A stretch of 64,000 bases of DNA from Laetmonice hystrix. Lineage: Eukaryota. The stretch is from NCBI GenBank assembly GCA_965235115.1, contig OZ249436.1:31560001-31624000 (forward strand). The letters are read 5' to 3'. The position numbers and the translations under genes are program-made. How positions within the stretch are numbered: position 1 is the stretch's first letter; each line of letters starts with the position of its first letter. Positions 14,701-29,700 of the stretch are shown here, one piece after another. Under the pieces are notes generated by a model. That model saw only the letters and a program-made list of their open reading frames with translations. It was not told where the DNA came from and did not search any database.

Positions 14701-17700
14701 AAGGATTTCTATTTGCTATATTTACTTAAAAATGTGGTGGCAGGTCAGAACATGGATTCATTGAGTCGGGAGGTGGTTGCTACACTTGAACAAAGGAGTG
14801 CCCTGCAAGAAGATGTACTCAGCTGCTGCACCTGGTGGACCAACTTTTCAACCTGACCTTGTCACAGGTGTTTAGTCAGATGACTACTGCTAGCAGGTGG
14901 TACCCATGCCTAGCTCAGTGGCTGGCTAGTTTTCAGTAGTTAACATTATCAGTCTTTTCATATTATTCGTGCAAAGCTTTGACTCAGCTATTGTGCCACT
15001 TTAACATTTTAAAAGTACTCTCATGAAAACTACCCGCCAATTCAAGCAGATGAATAAATAGTGGTAGATAACATTTTAATAACAGAAATGGACATTATGA
15101 ATCCGCATTATGTTAAGACCCTGTCCTCTAGCCTCATACTTACCGTACACCTTATGTATGTCACAAGATATATGTAATTGAAAGGCCTGCAGCCTTAGAC
15201 AGATGGACAGGGAGGGACAAATAATTAGTTTTAATTGTCTATTACCCCTTTGGTCCCTGAGCATACCAAATGTCACAATGAAAACTACTCATGAATCATA
15301 AACATATTATTGGAACTGTATCTTGGGTTAAATAACAGTAAACTCTACGTATTCTGTTACAAAATCAGCAAGAAATATACCACAAACATACAGGGCTTAA
15401 AAAAATACAAATATAAATGTGATGGCATTCATGCAAAAGATAGGTTGACTATCATTTCCCATGGGTATACATATAAGCGTGTGCTTTATACAGTGAATCA
15501 GTCACATACACCACATATAATTAACCAAAAACAACGCCCGTGTTCAGATAGGCAGCTTTGATGTCAAACACTGTATCAAGCTGCACGTTTCTACATTATT
15601 TGTTCAAGCTGGAACATTGGTGTATGATCAGATTACTGGCGCCATCTATGATCTATGACTAGTGTACAGTACAGTTTGTACACTGACTGTGCCACCTTTC
15701 TGAACTTGGCCTCTTGTTTTATCGTCAGGTATATCCAACCAGTGACTCATCGGCAGTTCCCAATCAAGGCCTCTAGTGCCGGGAGTTGACACCAGAGGTC
15801 TCTAGTGGCCCCTGCAATCCTGATTACTTAAAACAACTTATTGTCCTATCCATTCACACATAATATAAGACTGATGATAAAACTACCGGTACTAATAATG
15901 TTTGTCTGGTGCATGTTTTTAAAATCAGTTCTTCTCCAAAAAGGTACAATCTCCACTTTGTACAGGTCTTGAGCTGAAACCTTGTCCTTGGTCTATCTCT
16001 GAAATTGTAGCAAATATATACCTTTGCTCAACTGAATTTGAACAAAAACAAAATTTGAAATAGAAGAAATCCAACATGGGCCCCCCCCCCCCCACTTTCT
16101 GCCCATGGATGCAGCATTTTTCAGTATGTTTTTTTCCTTAAACATCTAGTACGTACAGGTTCTTACCTTGTAGTAGCAAATTTATAATACATGTATATCC
16201 CAACATGTACATAGTGGTGTCGATGACACGAACTTAAGTACCTGTCAAATAACACCCGTTTTACAGACGTTTATGAATCTGCACACTGAACTTGGCTTTC
16301 ATGAGTCGCGTGGTACATTGCCATTGGCATGCCATGACAACAATCATAAAATTATGAGAGGTTGTGAAGTGCATTGTCTATGACAATTACTGATAAAACA
16401 TCAAATGTGAACCACACTGGCAAAATACTAGCAAGCTTTAGACTGTGCTTCATCTCACAATGTGCGATGTGAACTAACAATCTTCTACACTGTGGTTCAA
16501 ATAATCTGTTACTAAGCCAACAAACTCGAACCAAACTGCCCTACACCGCAGACAAGTCGAACGCCGAGGCAGTTTGGCCGGGTTGAGCACCAGGTTGGGA
16601 CATCTACCCCTAGGTCAACAAACCTGGCGGCTGAGTCAGGCATGTATGTGATGTAAACCAGTCTTATCAGTCTCAGTATTACCGGTATATTGCTTGACAA
16701 AAAGTTATATCAAATTGCTTCAACACCTTCAACCCATGTTCACAAGTAGTAATACAGCTAATGGGCCTAATCGCGACGGTCAAGGGTAAAAATGCTCTAG
16801 TTCAAATGCCGCTCTACTAACAGCAGAGATAAATTAATATCACATTTACCAGATATGTATTAGAGGCCTTTGTTTACGGGGTCTCGCTTGTATCACGCAC
16901 ATTTATAACAACTGAATGGCATCATGCCGTCCTGACCTGGCACTTTCCCCCCCTGGTTTACTTCATCATGTCGGCCTACTTTATACACATACCATACACG
17001 CACTACCATCAGGGTCAGGGAGGGGGGGGGGGTTGTGCGGGGTATTGGGGGGGGGGGGGTACTCCCTGCATGTACACTCGCCAGTCTGCTTACCAACTTC
17101 ACAGGTGGCCGAACTCTGCACGCCGCCCAGGTCAAACATGTTATACACGTTAACTATGCTCAACATCATATTGCACATGTGTTCAAGGTCATTGTGCAGA
17201 GGGGTGGCCAGTAGAAACCATGATCAGCTGGACAGTGGTCACTGCTGCTAGATTTAAACTAAGCTTTAAGTTTAAACAGCAAACTTTATTATAATCCACT
17301 TGTCCTTTATCATGGGTTCGGAGTGTCAAAGTATCTAATATTAGTACCGACCAAAACCTTACTGGCACTGCCTTCGAGACATTGTTCTATAGCACGGCAA
17401 GGAACCTAGGTTGCAATCTTACCAGCGAATAAGCTTCCTTACGGTACGAATGTTCTCTCATTGAAGGCACTTTCCTATTTCCTAGTCCTTTTAAGTAATT
17501 TGATACCACATTCAACAGAGTCCTGGTATTTATACCCAGATCTTTGTCCTGACAACATGTTCCGGTAGTACTTTGTCCTTGCACACATTCACTGTGTATT
17601 TGAAATCCTGTTAACTTAGTTAAGCCGCTCTAATGGTAGCACATATCCATAGCACATGACTGTCTTAATTCACAATCAGTGTCCTGTGATTTGTTTAACA

Positions 17701-20700
17701 TTATGCACTCAACATTTGGTCCTGTTATCAGTGGCGAATCCAGGATTTTCAATAGGGGGCAGCGGCGCTTATGATAATAAAAATCCTACGTTGGTGGCAA
17801 AAGAGCAGGAGGCAGACCCCTATGACCCCCCCCCCCCCCCCTATCTGCCACTGGTTATGTATACATCACCTCATGTATTATGGGGATAATTACCAAAGTT
17901 AATAATAATGGGGAGTAATTTGGCACAAGAAAAGGAAATAATGTAAAACTACATTGTACTAATAAAGGTGAAAAATTTCACAGCAGAATCAAGTTTTCTA
18001 GATTACCTACCACAGCCCTGTCTCAGTGTCTGACATTGACGATGAGGACCTGATTTTGAATTCATTCAATCAAAAGTAAAACTTTATGAGTCATGCCATT
18101 GTCGTGGCCTTTTAAACACCATTTCGTGACACGACAGGCCTAAGAAAACGGCCCACGACTTTCCCTCAGGCTACTGTGTCTCGAGCTGTGATCTCAATTT
18201 AATGATGTCAGACCAGTCAAGGTAAAAAGGAAACTTTCTGGTCGCCCAACATGTAGAACCTTGTCAAGATTCAGAAATAGAATTGGGGGGGGGGGAACAA
18301 AAATAAGAAGAAGTTAGAGTGAGGAGCCTTTTGTGTTGTGAAAGCAACTGACAGTGATACTGATAGACATGTCACTAGCGATTTTAATAAATCAATTAAA
18401 GACCATTTCACTTACAACATGCAGCAATTGGGGTAGATTTCCCCCAGGCAATAATTGGTCTCGTCAGGATACTTTCTACAAGGTCATGATGTTTACTGGC
18501 CTGTCCACTTCTGGCCTGTCTGTAAACCGGGTCATTTTATCAGGTCCCCTTGAGTACTGCACCACAGGGGTGGTACCAGACCCTTTCTGCGTTGGCTAGA
18601 AAATATCAAAATTGGTTGTTTGGTTTGTTAACTATATGAAATAATGTTTAGAACATAAAGGAGGAAGAAATTAAAAAAAATGACTGCCAGACTGGCTTGT
18701 CCCACACGGTGACACCGTGATCGTGCCCTAATTTCAGAAACTACCGGTACATGTATGGGGATTTCCCCTACCAAACGTCATATATTAGAAAGAAGTGACC
18801 GTTGTTGGACGATATTCAATCAATTCAACTTACCAAAGTGTATGCTCATGTCGCATGATTAAAATGACTTGCAATGGTCAGTGCCTCCCCTAGTGAAAAA
18901 TAGCAGGCGGGGCGCCCTGCCTTTACAAGCACCCGCCCTGCCCTTTTGAAGAACGCCCTGCCTCTGTTAGCAGCACCCTGCCACCCCCATTGCCCCAAAC
19001 TATCCAGGAAATGATTTAGCTGTCGTTACACACCTCAAAGAAGCATATATCTACATACATTATAGTACAATACCATTTATAACTGATCAATCTTTAGCAT
19101 CAATTTCAGGAAAAGAAGAAAACAAACTTTAATTTTCGTTTCTAAAAATGTTTTTTTTTGGGGGGGGGGATAACCCAGATCCCTCTCGATGACACTTTAC
19201 GCCTCTGGCGCTTGCCCTTATGCCTTAGGCAAAACATGCCCCTTCTTCAACATATTGCCCTGCCTTCCTGAAATCCTGGGGGAGGCACTGATGGTCTTGT
19301 TTCATATGCAGAGCGACCGGCATTGTTTGGGATCATGCATGTATCATGCACAACGACCCAAGTCTTCTTTATCATGATTTATCCCTCCACTATATCTTCA
19401 CAACTACCGGCAATAACAGCACTTGTCTTGTAACTTACAGTGCATCCCCTAGTGAAAAATATCAGGGTGCGGCGCCCTGCCCTTTTGAAGAGTGCCCTGC
19501 CCTTTTGAAGAACGCCCTGCCTCTGTTAGCAGCACCCTGCCACCCCCATTGCCCCAAATTTTCCAGGAAATGACCCAGCTGTCGTTATACACACCTCAAA
19601 GAAGCATTTCAATCACTATAAACGTATACATACATTATACAACATGTATAATAATACCATTCATAACTGATTAATCAATACTACTATAGTATAGCATCAA
19701 TTTCAAGAAAAAAAGAAAGAATTTTACTTTAATTTACTGTCCTAAAAATGTTTCGGGGGGGGGGGGGGGGGTTATAACCCAAATCCCTCTCGATAACACT
19801 TCTGGCGCGTGCCCCTATGCCTTAGGCAAAACATGCCCCTTCTTCGACATATTGCCCTGCCTTCCTGAAATCCTGGGGAGGCATTGTATTATTACAAATT
19901 ATCAGAGGTTTTCACCAAATATTATTTGAATTAACCCAATTGTAACAGTCCGATGATCAATACGATTGGTTACCCCAGTCTATCTGTTATTTGATTAGTC
20001 TTGACAGGATAAAATAAAGAACATCTCTAATGAACAGCAGGCTTAGACATATTTATGGGATCTTGCCGTTATAACTGCAGTCTTTCTGCATAGATTTCCT
20101 GAACCCCATTTAATTCCACATATAAATTTGGCATCCTTCTCTTCTCGTCTACAACTGCTCTCCTAATCCTAACTACCCTTCGGCCTTGGGCCCTGACCCC
20201 TAATTAGTTGTAGAGAACCAACATTGTGTTATCAGTTCATCAATTTCAATTTTGTCACAATCTGTCAGCAATGTTGTACTTATCATACAGCATAAATAAA
20301 CCTGTATGCTATTTACTCTGGCCACTGTTCAATATACCGGTCAGTGCCATGATAAGGTTTTAATATATATGGTAAAATGTCTGCTGCTCGTCTTCTTTCC
20401 TAGTACACGCGATAGTTATCAGAGTTTTGCTAGAGAACAGTTTTGCATCTCTCTCACGATCTGCACACCACACAGCTGTTCTTACTTTCTATTCATGACG
20501 GTTTTATGATGGCCACAAACCAAAATCCAAGCAACTTTTACAGGGTAACAAGTTCCCCATCACATCAATCAAATTTTCAACTGAGGACTATGGATGTCAA
20601 CAAAATCAGCCTGGCAAACTCTAGGCCAGTTAACCATCTGAGATATCTGCACTAAAATGCTCGAGATAATTTTCTTATGCTTAGGCTGTATTTATAATCC

Positions 20701-23700
20701 TGGTGCATGCACATTTACTTTCACACTAAAACATACGTATACATGTAATGTATACATGTAACTTACATATCATAGTCACAATGAGGACATATCAATATGT
20801 ACCAGACAACCATAACGTTTGTTGTAGGATCTAACTAAATAGTCTTGTTTGCAGCACTCTTTAAAGGGATAGCCTAACGGATATGTCTGTATTGTGGGCG
20901 AGTATATGTATACTGCACTACATGTCAGTATACATGCACATATATAGCCTCACTATTGCACGCTAGAGTCAGCATCTCTGATAATACAAGTAGGAGGTAT
21001 GAGGAACACATCAAACCATCCGACCTACATCCTGCCTCTTCCAATACCTCTGGCACATCAAGATCTAGGTCACCTTAGCCACGGTAGTCTCCATACATGT
21101 AGGCCAGTTCGTTACAACTCCCATTGACTCACCTACTGTCCTACTGAACATTTAGGTGTTCATTATTCAAACAGACCAAATTCTGCAGATTTTTCACTTT
21201 TCATCTACGTTTCCTATTTAACATGATCAGCATAGTAGGCGTTAATAAACCAGTAATTCTAGACACCTTTTTACCTGATCGGGAACCCAACTTGCATTTA
21301 TGAGGACTCTCCATATATCGGACCTGTAAGGCATTTACAGCATTTTTTCCTTTTTGTCAATTTTGCCCCGGGTAAACGGCTAGAGCAGGCATCTGGTCTT
21401 ACATACATGTACATTAATGACTTCTGTGACACTACTACGGGTATTATTATCTCAAAAGGCATTAGAACTTCCCTATTGATCCAGTCATTGGCCAAATACA
21501 CTGGAAAGTCAGGGGTCCGTTCCACTAACGAAAGACGTCTTTAGCAAAGACGTCTTTGGAAAGACGTCTTTGGAAAGACGTCTTTGCGGGGCAAATGTTA
21601 AAGAATAGGAGGTTAGTGGAACACCCGTCGCCGCAAAGACCTCTTTGGGCTCAGCGACCATCTCAAAGACGTCTTTTGGGCTTAGTGGAACGGACCCCTG
21701 AACCTCATGGTCGGTGGAGCTTCTGATGGAGCAGTGCTGAATCCATCACCCAAGTCATCATCTGCCTATCCCAGTACAACAACATTGTAGGCCTGGATTA
21801 GACATTTATACGTGGTTTCTGGCACTGGAAGAGGTCAGTCCGCCATTTTGTCCAAACGTGCTTCAGGCAGACTCGACATGATTGAATTGTTTCCATGAAA
21901 TATTACCCTAACATTTTATGGACTTTTAATAAACAGCTTTTAAATTGATAACAGTTCCTTTCCTCCTGACCTCCTTGCTAAAATCTATGTACCGATAAAT
22001 ATCTAAATTTGGAAGGTTCTGTGGAACCCTTGCAACTGACGTGTTTCACTTGTGTAAACGTGTTACTATCGCAGAGATATTTACAGCTTCTCCTGACTCT
22101 CACCTGAATTAACGAGCAAGATGGTATTTAAATGTCACACCTCAATTCTTTGACCCTTACATCAATCAATTTGTGCAAGTGGATAAATAAAACTGGAAAA
22201 GTCACTGTGCCAATACAACTGTGCAAATTTCTAACCTCCACAGGGTTGAGTAAAGTAAAAATAATAACAAAAAAAGTTTCGGCATTGTCTGTTTGCGAAG
22301 AAGTTCCTAGACCACAGTACATCATTTACCGGACACCATTGATAGTGGTATATATGGGTCCTATTTTTTATGCCCGTGTCCCAGTGTCACACGATAAGAA
22401 ATTTGTCCATGTCCCATGTCACCTTTTAAAACGATTCAATCATGTCTCGTGTCACTTTTTAAGCTCCAGTCTAAGACTAAGACTGGCTCCAGTGTAAGAC
22501 TAAGAGTAAGACTGTAACAGTGTAAGAGATGTAGGCCTAGATGGATATGACAGATCTATGTCGCTTTTACGGTAGGCCTACGTCGCACGTCGCTTTTTAA
22601 TAATTGTCGATGTCGTGTGTCACCTGTTAAGTAAATCAATGTGTCTCATGTCGATTTTTATTGCAATTCTGGATGTCTCACGTCGATTTTTATTGCAATT
22701 CTGGATGTCTCACGTCGAATTTTATCAGCCATTTGGGAGCTGTGTCCGTCGCACGTTAAGAAGAGGATGTCGCAATGTCGCCCTTCATTTTACGGCCGTG
22801 TCGGCGTGTTGAACATGTCGAATTTTACCATATACCCCTATTGATGTGCTACTTCCTCCCAGCAGTTGAAAAATGGCCTGCTCCTGGACAGTGTTAGTGA
22901 ATGAACACGTTTATTTCATACGTGCCAACTATATAATATGCCGAATATTATCTAGATGACACTGCATACAGCCAACCCTCAATAGGGCAGCCGCACTAGT
23001 ATGGACAAGGTCAATGGTCAAAGGTCATAGTCTTTTTGCTGGCTCTGACTGCCTTCAGTCTACGTTTTTATCAGCGGTAGTCCAACTTGCGACCAGCAAC
23101 GCTTCTAAATGTTGTGCTCAGTTCTTCTAAACAATACAATTTAATACTTCACAGCTCAAGATACTTGTATACCAATTTTGATTCTAGTTACGAGCCCGTG
23201 CAAAACTGGGTCAGTCCACTGCTTTGAGAAAATTTAAAAGAAAGTCTAGGAAATTACAGTCAGACCTCGTTAATCTATGCTTCTTCAATCTATAAAGTAC
23301 ATCACAATCCAAACACACTTTCTGGTAACCTCTTCTACCATTTTTTCAGTCAGCCATGTTTCAGAATCACAACACTTGTATTTTAATGGACACCAAGCTG
23401 TTCAGATAAATAAGGTGACTGTACATGTTACGTACATCATTTTGCGACCTTAATTAGCTACGACTATCCAAGACTATCTATCTCAGTCAGTTTGTGTTCA
23501 CGTCGTATTATGTTGTGGGCCTTCGTAGCACATCATTACTACATCTTCCACAATTGTGGCCATTTTCCGTAACACAATTGCATACAAAACAAATGTTCAC
23601 AAACCATCATGACACTTACATTACGTGTTACGACACTACAACATCGCTATGACATATGATATATGGCCACAAAAAGCCAAAGCGCAAGGATTTTTTTGAA

Positions 23701-26700
23701 CGTTTTGAAACTTATGCCATGATGAAAACAAGACGACTTTGTTGCAAACTTTTGCAACTGTTCAGGACTTTCCCCAACTACATCTACGACACCCCCAAGA
23801 CTTCCTTAGAAGTATACATGACTTGCCATGATCTGACAATGGCTTGAATCAGCCTAAAAATCGTGAAGGTGAGAAAGGGGCCTTGTAAACGTCCCTGCAT
23901 TGGACCAATCGTTTCAATTGTTATCTTAAAACATGATATCTACAATGGATGGATTACACCGATTAGTGCGGCAGAGAGTGGTCCCCATAGTGTTGACTGC
24001 CACTGAAGGCGAGTTTCCCTTAGAGCTGGTTCACACTGAAGATTTCCCTGGGGTAATACCCGTGTCAGTGGTGGTGAGTGAGTGAGTGGGGGAGTGAGTG
24101 AGTGAGTGGGGGAGTGAGTGAGTGAGTGAGTGAGTATTGGTGGTCTCCTCATCCACGGCTACCCCACCCCCCATGACACCCTCCGCTCCCCACCACCCAC
24201 CACTCAACATTCCCTCTCACCAGCTTATCAACACTGTCTGGACTCACTTGACCCTGTGGATCCCCTGTATGTTGTATGGCGGTGGGCATAGATCTCTTGT
24301 CTTGATCATTCCCAACTCAAAAACACGGCTGACTATTCCACATTTTGACAGACATTTTCAACAGAATATTTCTATTAGTTGGAGATCGTAACAAAACTTT
24401 TAAAAAAACCTGTGTACTGACTGAGGGACGGGGCTGGTCAGACTGGCTTATAAACCTGAAGTATGCCGTCCGTAAAATTGGCCAACCATCAGGTTTGTCC
24501 GTGGTGAAGATCCCCACTCAAGGCAGCCCTGGGCTCTAGCCTGGCAGAGGCTGTGCCCCCATGGCAGTACATGTAAAATTGTTGTCGGTTGATCATGAGC
24601 CGGCTGCCCTCAGTTCGCTGCGGCGTCGGCCTACCACCCCCACCCCCACCACAGCCGACCGACCGCCCCCTGACAGCTCCCTGACTCACTCAACTATTTC
24701 TGACGCAGTTGGGAACAAAAAGTCACATGCTATTTACGTCTAGTTACCAGAATTCACGATGCTCGCGATTTTACTTTAGAACTAACCACTGTAGCCTACA
24801 TTTCTAGGAACGGTTCTGGCACTTCAGGGAACTGTACCCATCTTCTCCGTGACACATGAAATTCTTTGTTTACAAGGACTAACTGAGTTCTGGTTTACAA
24901 GCATAACCAACTCTATCCTCATGTTGATGACGATCATGATAAACAGGCAACCCCCAATTTCTCGGACTAGTAGTAGCCAAAGGCCAAGCAACACATAGAG
25001 CCCGTTTCTGGGAGGCAAGGGGCTGGGACATGGGGTGAGTAGAGTTCACCAATTCCCCTCTTGGGAGGGCACCCCCTTCAACACAGGTGGACCCACTCAG
25101 GTCTCTCCGTGTTCCCCAGGTTTGCATCAATCCTACACCGGCGACCATGACCAGGTCAGGAGGACTGCTCTGTGCATCCAATACTTGCAGTGGACAGCCA
25201 CCCTTCACCCCTGCTGGGGCCTACAAGTACAACCTGGGTCCTCAAACGATAATCTTAACATCTGGATAAACCCCAGATCATACCGGGACTGAATACATCT
25301 ACACATCGAATACATCTCGACACCGATTCGAATACATCTCAGGCTGACAAATCCTGAATACACCTCACCCCACACCCTTGAGTTGATAGATCCTGAATAC
25401 ATCTCACCGTCACCCCACACCCTTGGGTTGATAGATCCTAAATACATCTCACCGTCACCCCACACCCTTGGCCTGACAGATCCTGAATACATCTCAGCCC
25501 ACACCCTTGGCCTTACAGATCCTGAATATATCTCAGCCCACACCCTTGGCCTGACAGATCCTAAATACACCTCACCCCACACCCTTGGCCTGACAGATCC
25601 TGAATACATCTCACCCCACACCCTTGGGTTGATAGATCCTGAATACACCTCACCCCACACCCTGGCCTTGGCCTGACAGATCCTGAATACATCTCACCCC
25701 ACACCCTTGGCCTGACAGATCCTAAATACACCTCACCCCACACCCTTGGGTTGATAGATCCTGAATACATCTCACCCCACACCCTTGGCCTGACAGATCC
25801 TGAATACATATCACCCCACACCCTTGGCCTGACAGATCCTGAATACATCTCACCCCACACCCTTGGCCTGACAGATCCTGAATACATCTCACCCCACACC
25901 CTTGGCCTGACAGATCCTGAATACACCTCACCCCACAAGGCCTCCTCAGCCTTGTGTTGATCAATACCGACAGATTTCATTCCCCTTCACCCAATTTACC
26001 ATGTCCAATAAACCTGTGAAACAAGGTCGATGATCTAACCGGGTCATGAACGTGGCTTCCAGCTACAGTTATCTCTAGTTATTCAGGTCAGAATGCCGAT
26101 TTCTCCTCAGAAGATTTACAAGCAATGTTCCATCCGCCTATATCTCAGTGACCCCAAGTCACACTTTCCCTGATTCAGCATTCCTTAGGAATCAGCCTAA
26201 ACCAAGGATTGGGCATCTTGAAATAGATTTTGATAAATTAGTAAGTTGTAGTGTCACCGACTAAAGAAAAAGTTTTGTTAAACATGTAGACCTGTCGTTT
26301 TCCGAAACATTTCACTCCAGTACTATTACTAGCGCCCAGGTCTACTGTCTAGAATGTTTCGGAGGCAGGTAAGTTGGACTCAGTCTCCGTGCTTAAAAGT
26401 TTAATCTGTATACGTACCTCACAATCTGTTCAAACACACTTTCTGGTAACCTCTTTGAACTACCATTTTCTATTTTAAATGACTCAGTAATCCATATCAT
26501 ATGTTTCACAATCTGAACACCTGACTGTACTTGGCTTTAGTTTGATTTTGAAATTTCTAAATTGAAACAAAACAAGTGAACAGACACTGCCACTTTATTT
26601 GGGAGACTCTGACTGAGCCTGGTTACTGATTAGTGATACTGATAGGAACATTTGATAAGTCACTTAGTAGTCTATCCAAAGATCTATGAATGATCCATGT

Positions 26701-29700
26701 CAGAACTTGGAAAACGATGTCCCTCTTTAACTATTTAAAATGCACACGACCTAATCTCTATAGCTTAGATGTGGAATTATTATCTATAGATCCCATAGAT
26801 CATTCAATGTATTTAAAGTTAAACCCTAATCTTACCACATATAAGAACGAATTGGTTGCCAAGATCTGTGTCAGCAGCACTATACCCGGTACATCTATGT
26901 CAGTTCATACAATGACAAGGGCGTGGGTTGCTGTGTTGACCTATTTTTTCATGTCACTAGGTCAGTGTTGTGTTGCTGGGCATCAGATGACTTGGTAATA
27001 CATGTACTCCTACTTTAATAGTAACTGCTGGTTGGTAGCAGTAAATACGTAGACCACTAACTAGTTACCACAAGATAATCACTCCAAATCTTCCTGAAAC
27101 GTTTATCAAAACAGTTTTATTGCAAGGAAACTTCTAACCAGATTTGCTGAGCACTATTTATCACCTTTTGGCAGAGATGACAGACCTATTATACTATCAA
27201 TACCTAACAGCAACACTGGGCCTCAATCATACTGTAATGGTAGTGAGAGGAGCCCCACTTACTGGGACTGAGTGGGAGGAGATAGAGGAAGCCTAACAAT
27301 GCCACAACAAGCTCAGTGTTCTCCCAAGGATAAAAAGCCATGCTCTGTTAGGCCAAAGGTCTCTAGAGATCCTATGACAGTAACCTCTCCGGGGCCCAGT
27401 TTTTAGTTCGTCATTTTATCAGTCTTGAGCCTGGAATTTTAACTTTTAAGACTGACATGTGTTAGGGTCTCTCATTGGTTGACTTCATTTTAAGGACCGT
27501 TCAGAAGCTCTAAAACCAGAGTTAAGTCTTAAGATTTCAATAGGCAAACATTTGACCAAATATTGCAGAGAAGATGAGTTACTAGGTGTGACTCAACTGA
27601 GACCTGTTATTTCAGATAGTTCGACTAGAACTTTACAAATACGTGGGGTACCCGGTTATAATGCAGCTAACCTCCTGGAGATGTGAGACTGAAGAGATCT
27701 GAGACTGTGACACCAGCTGTTTCAAGTGAAGTGGATTAGTTTCCCATTATTATGCATCAATGGGGAACGTGAAACTGTAGAGAACAGCTCGTCGTGAGGA
27801 CCAAGCTGGTCCATGACCTAGCCAAAGAATTCGGCTCTGTGCTCTGTACAGAGCCGAAGGTCGCTGTTCAGAATTTCCGAGCGTACCCGGACAAATCCTT
27901 TGTTTTCCATGAAAAGCCCTCATTTGTCTCTATGATATGTTGATGAAATATTGATAAATAAACTCAAACTAACTTATCTCTCATATCTGCAAGCTGGAAA
28001 AGCACGATGCGACACAATAAAGACAGTCACATCTCTCGAACCGAGAAATTTCAATGCTGGTTGACCGTCGGAGAGATGCATGCTGGGATATCAAAGGCAA
28101 CATGGCGGCCAGTAAAACGCCGTTAAACGGGTGATCTAGACATGAATTTGACGTTGTACTATTAGAAACACTGCTTCAGGACCCCACACACCTACTGTCG
28201 AGATAAATGGATGCCGGTGAGTTGATCAGTGCAAGCGGTGGTGGTCTGGCCTGGGTGTGGTCTGACCCGCCAGGAATTTAATTCAACTGCCTGTAAGCCT
28301 TGCTGGCTCGGCGCAAGGCTTAAGTAGTACTACGTAGGCTAGTCCATGACCGAGCTGGTCAAGGATGCTGAGGGGTGGGGTATACTGCGTATCATACCCG
28401 ATACACAGACTAATGCAAGCACTATCCGTCTTGAGAAAAATATGCTCTTTACCTGGGTCAAAATTTCCTATTATTCTCTGAAATTTACACTTTATACCTT
28501 CATTGAAAAAGCTTTGAACACAGTTCTTTTCTACGTTTACATAATACCAGGGCTTGTCTTTTGAGGCGCGCAATTGCCCTTGCGCACCATAGCGCACCTA
28601 AAATTGTTCCAAGGTGCACAAAAGACTGCGCGCCTAGTAGCCTACCTATAATATTAGTTAAAACTTGGCGCGCCTAGCCAACTTCCTCTGGAGTGACCCT
28701 ATTCTCTCAAGCAGAGGTCTGTCCAATTTTCTGACTGACTTATATGCTAGGTACCTGTAGCCTAAGGTAGGGCTGGTTCTTCTTGGCTTGTGCCTCTTAT
28801 GGTATAATCGGGAACTAATTACCGAGTACGGACGCACGTCAAAGTAAAAGACATAATGCTGGCTTACAATGAACCTTATTGGTGGACTGATTGGCAAGTA
28901 TTAAAACTTGTTTGTAGGTCATCAGAATAAAATGCTCGCCTAGAGGTTCAAATTGAAGTTTAGGCGAGTAATTATTTGCTCGCCTGACCTTTTCAAAGGA
29001 CAAGGCCTGTAACACTGCACTCTATATTATACACTACATTAGGCTATAGCCAGTCTAGGCCTAGGCCAGAAAAGGGCTTTAATAGATAAATAAATAATAG
29101 TAATAATAATATACATGTTACAGACCCTCCTGTCTTTTGAAAACCTGCAGTGTTTCGTTTTTCACTGTTCTAAAATATACAGGTATAGGAAGTTACTAGC
29201 ATTAGAATATGGGTCCACGTTCTGTGCGCCCACCATTGTAGTAGGGCAAACCGCCATGAATGCGCAGGCGCACATGTATAATTTGTTTGTCAACATAAAG
29301 TCAATAAAGGCCATGTGGGTTGAAGGGGTGGGGTGGAGCTTGATGAACTCTCAGAATTCCAGGGAGAACGATGGCTATATATATGGGCCATTTTATATAT
29401 ACTCAGTATGAACCCAGTTTTTCACTATCATTAATGCCCACAATAAAACCTTTTTTACAAATGATATGTAGTGGGGGAATAACTTCAATAAGATTCTAGA
29501 CTGTAGCACCGGATGACAGATGTTGTACAGTGTTTTGAGAACGACAATCCTCGAGTTGAGAAACTCAAACATACCGTGACGGGTGATGGTAATCATATTC
29601 AGAATACAATCGTGGCAAGTTTGATCTCAGCGGCGACCGTAGGGCCTACACTTCAGCTGTCTTGCCCACCTCAATCCATGGCAGGACCGCGGAGCTTGGG

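Noticed and set aside
16168..18855. Alternative RhoGAP first exons (MYYKFATTR at ~16193-16168; MRHEHTLW at ~18856-18834) with phase-2 donors
   Set aside because: Such short ATG-donor pairs are expected by chance in a 17-kb intron; no homology or promoter evidence.
24300..25260. Possible decayed LINE fragment (ILTDIFNRIF-like peptide)
   Set aside because: Single weak motif; no further reverse-transcriptase signatures recognised.
25205..25980. Repetitive ORFs (GLTDPEYISPHTL)n and (RPRVWGEMYSGSV)n
   Set aside because: 39-bp minisatellite; no convincing splice or start context.
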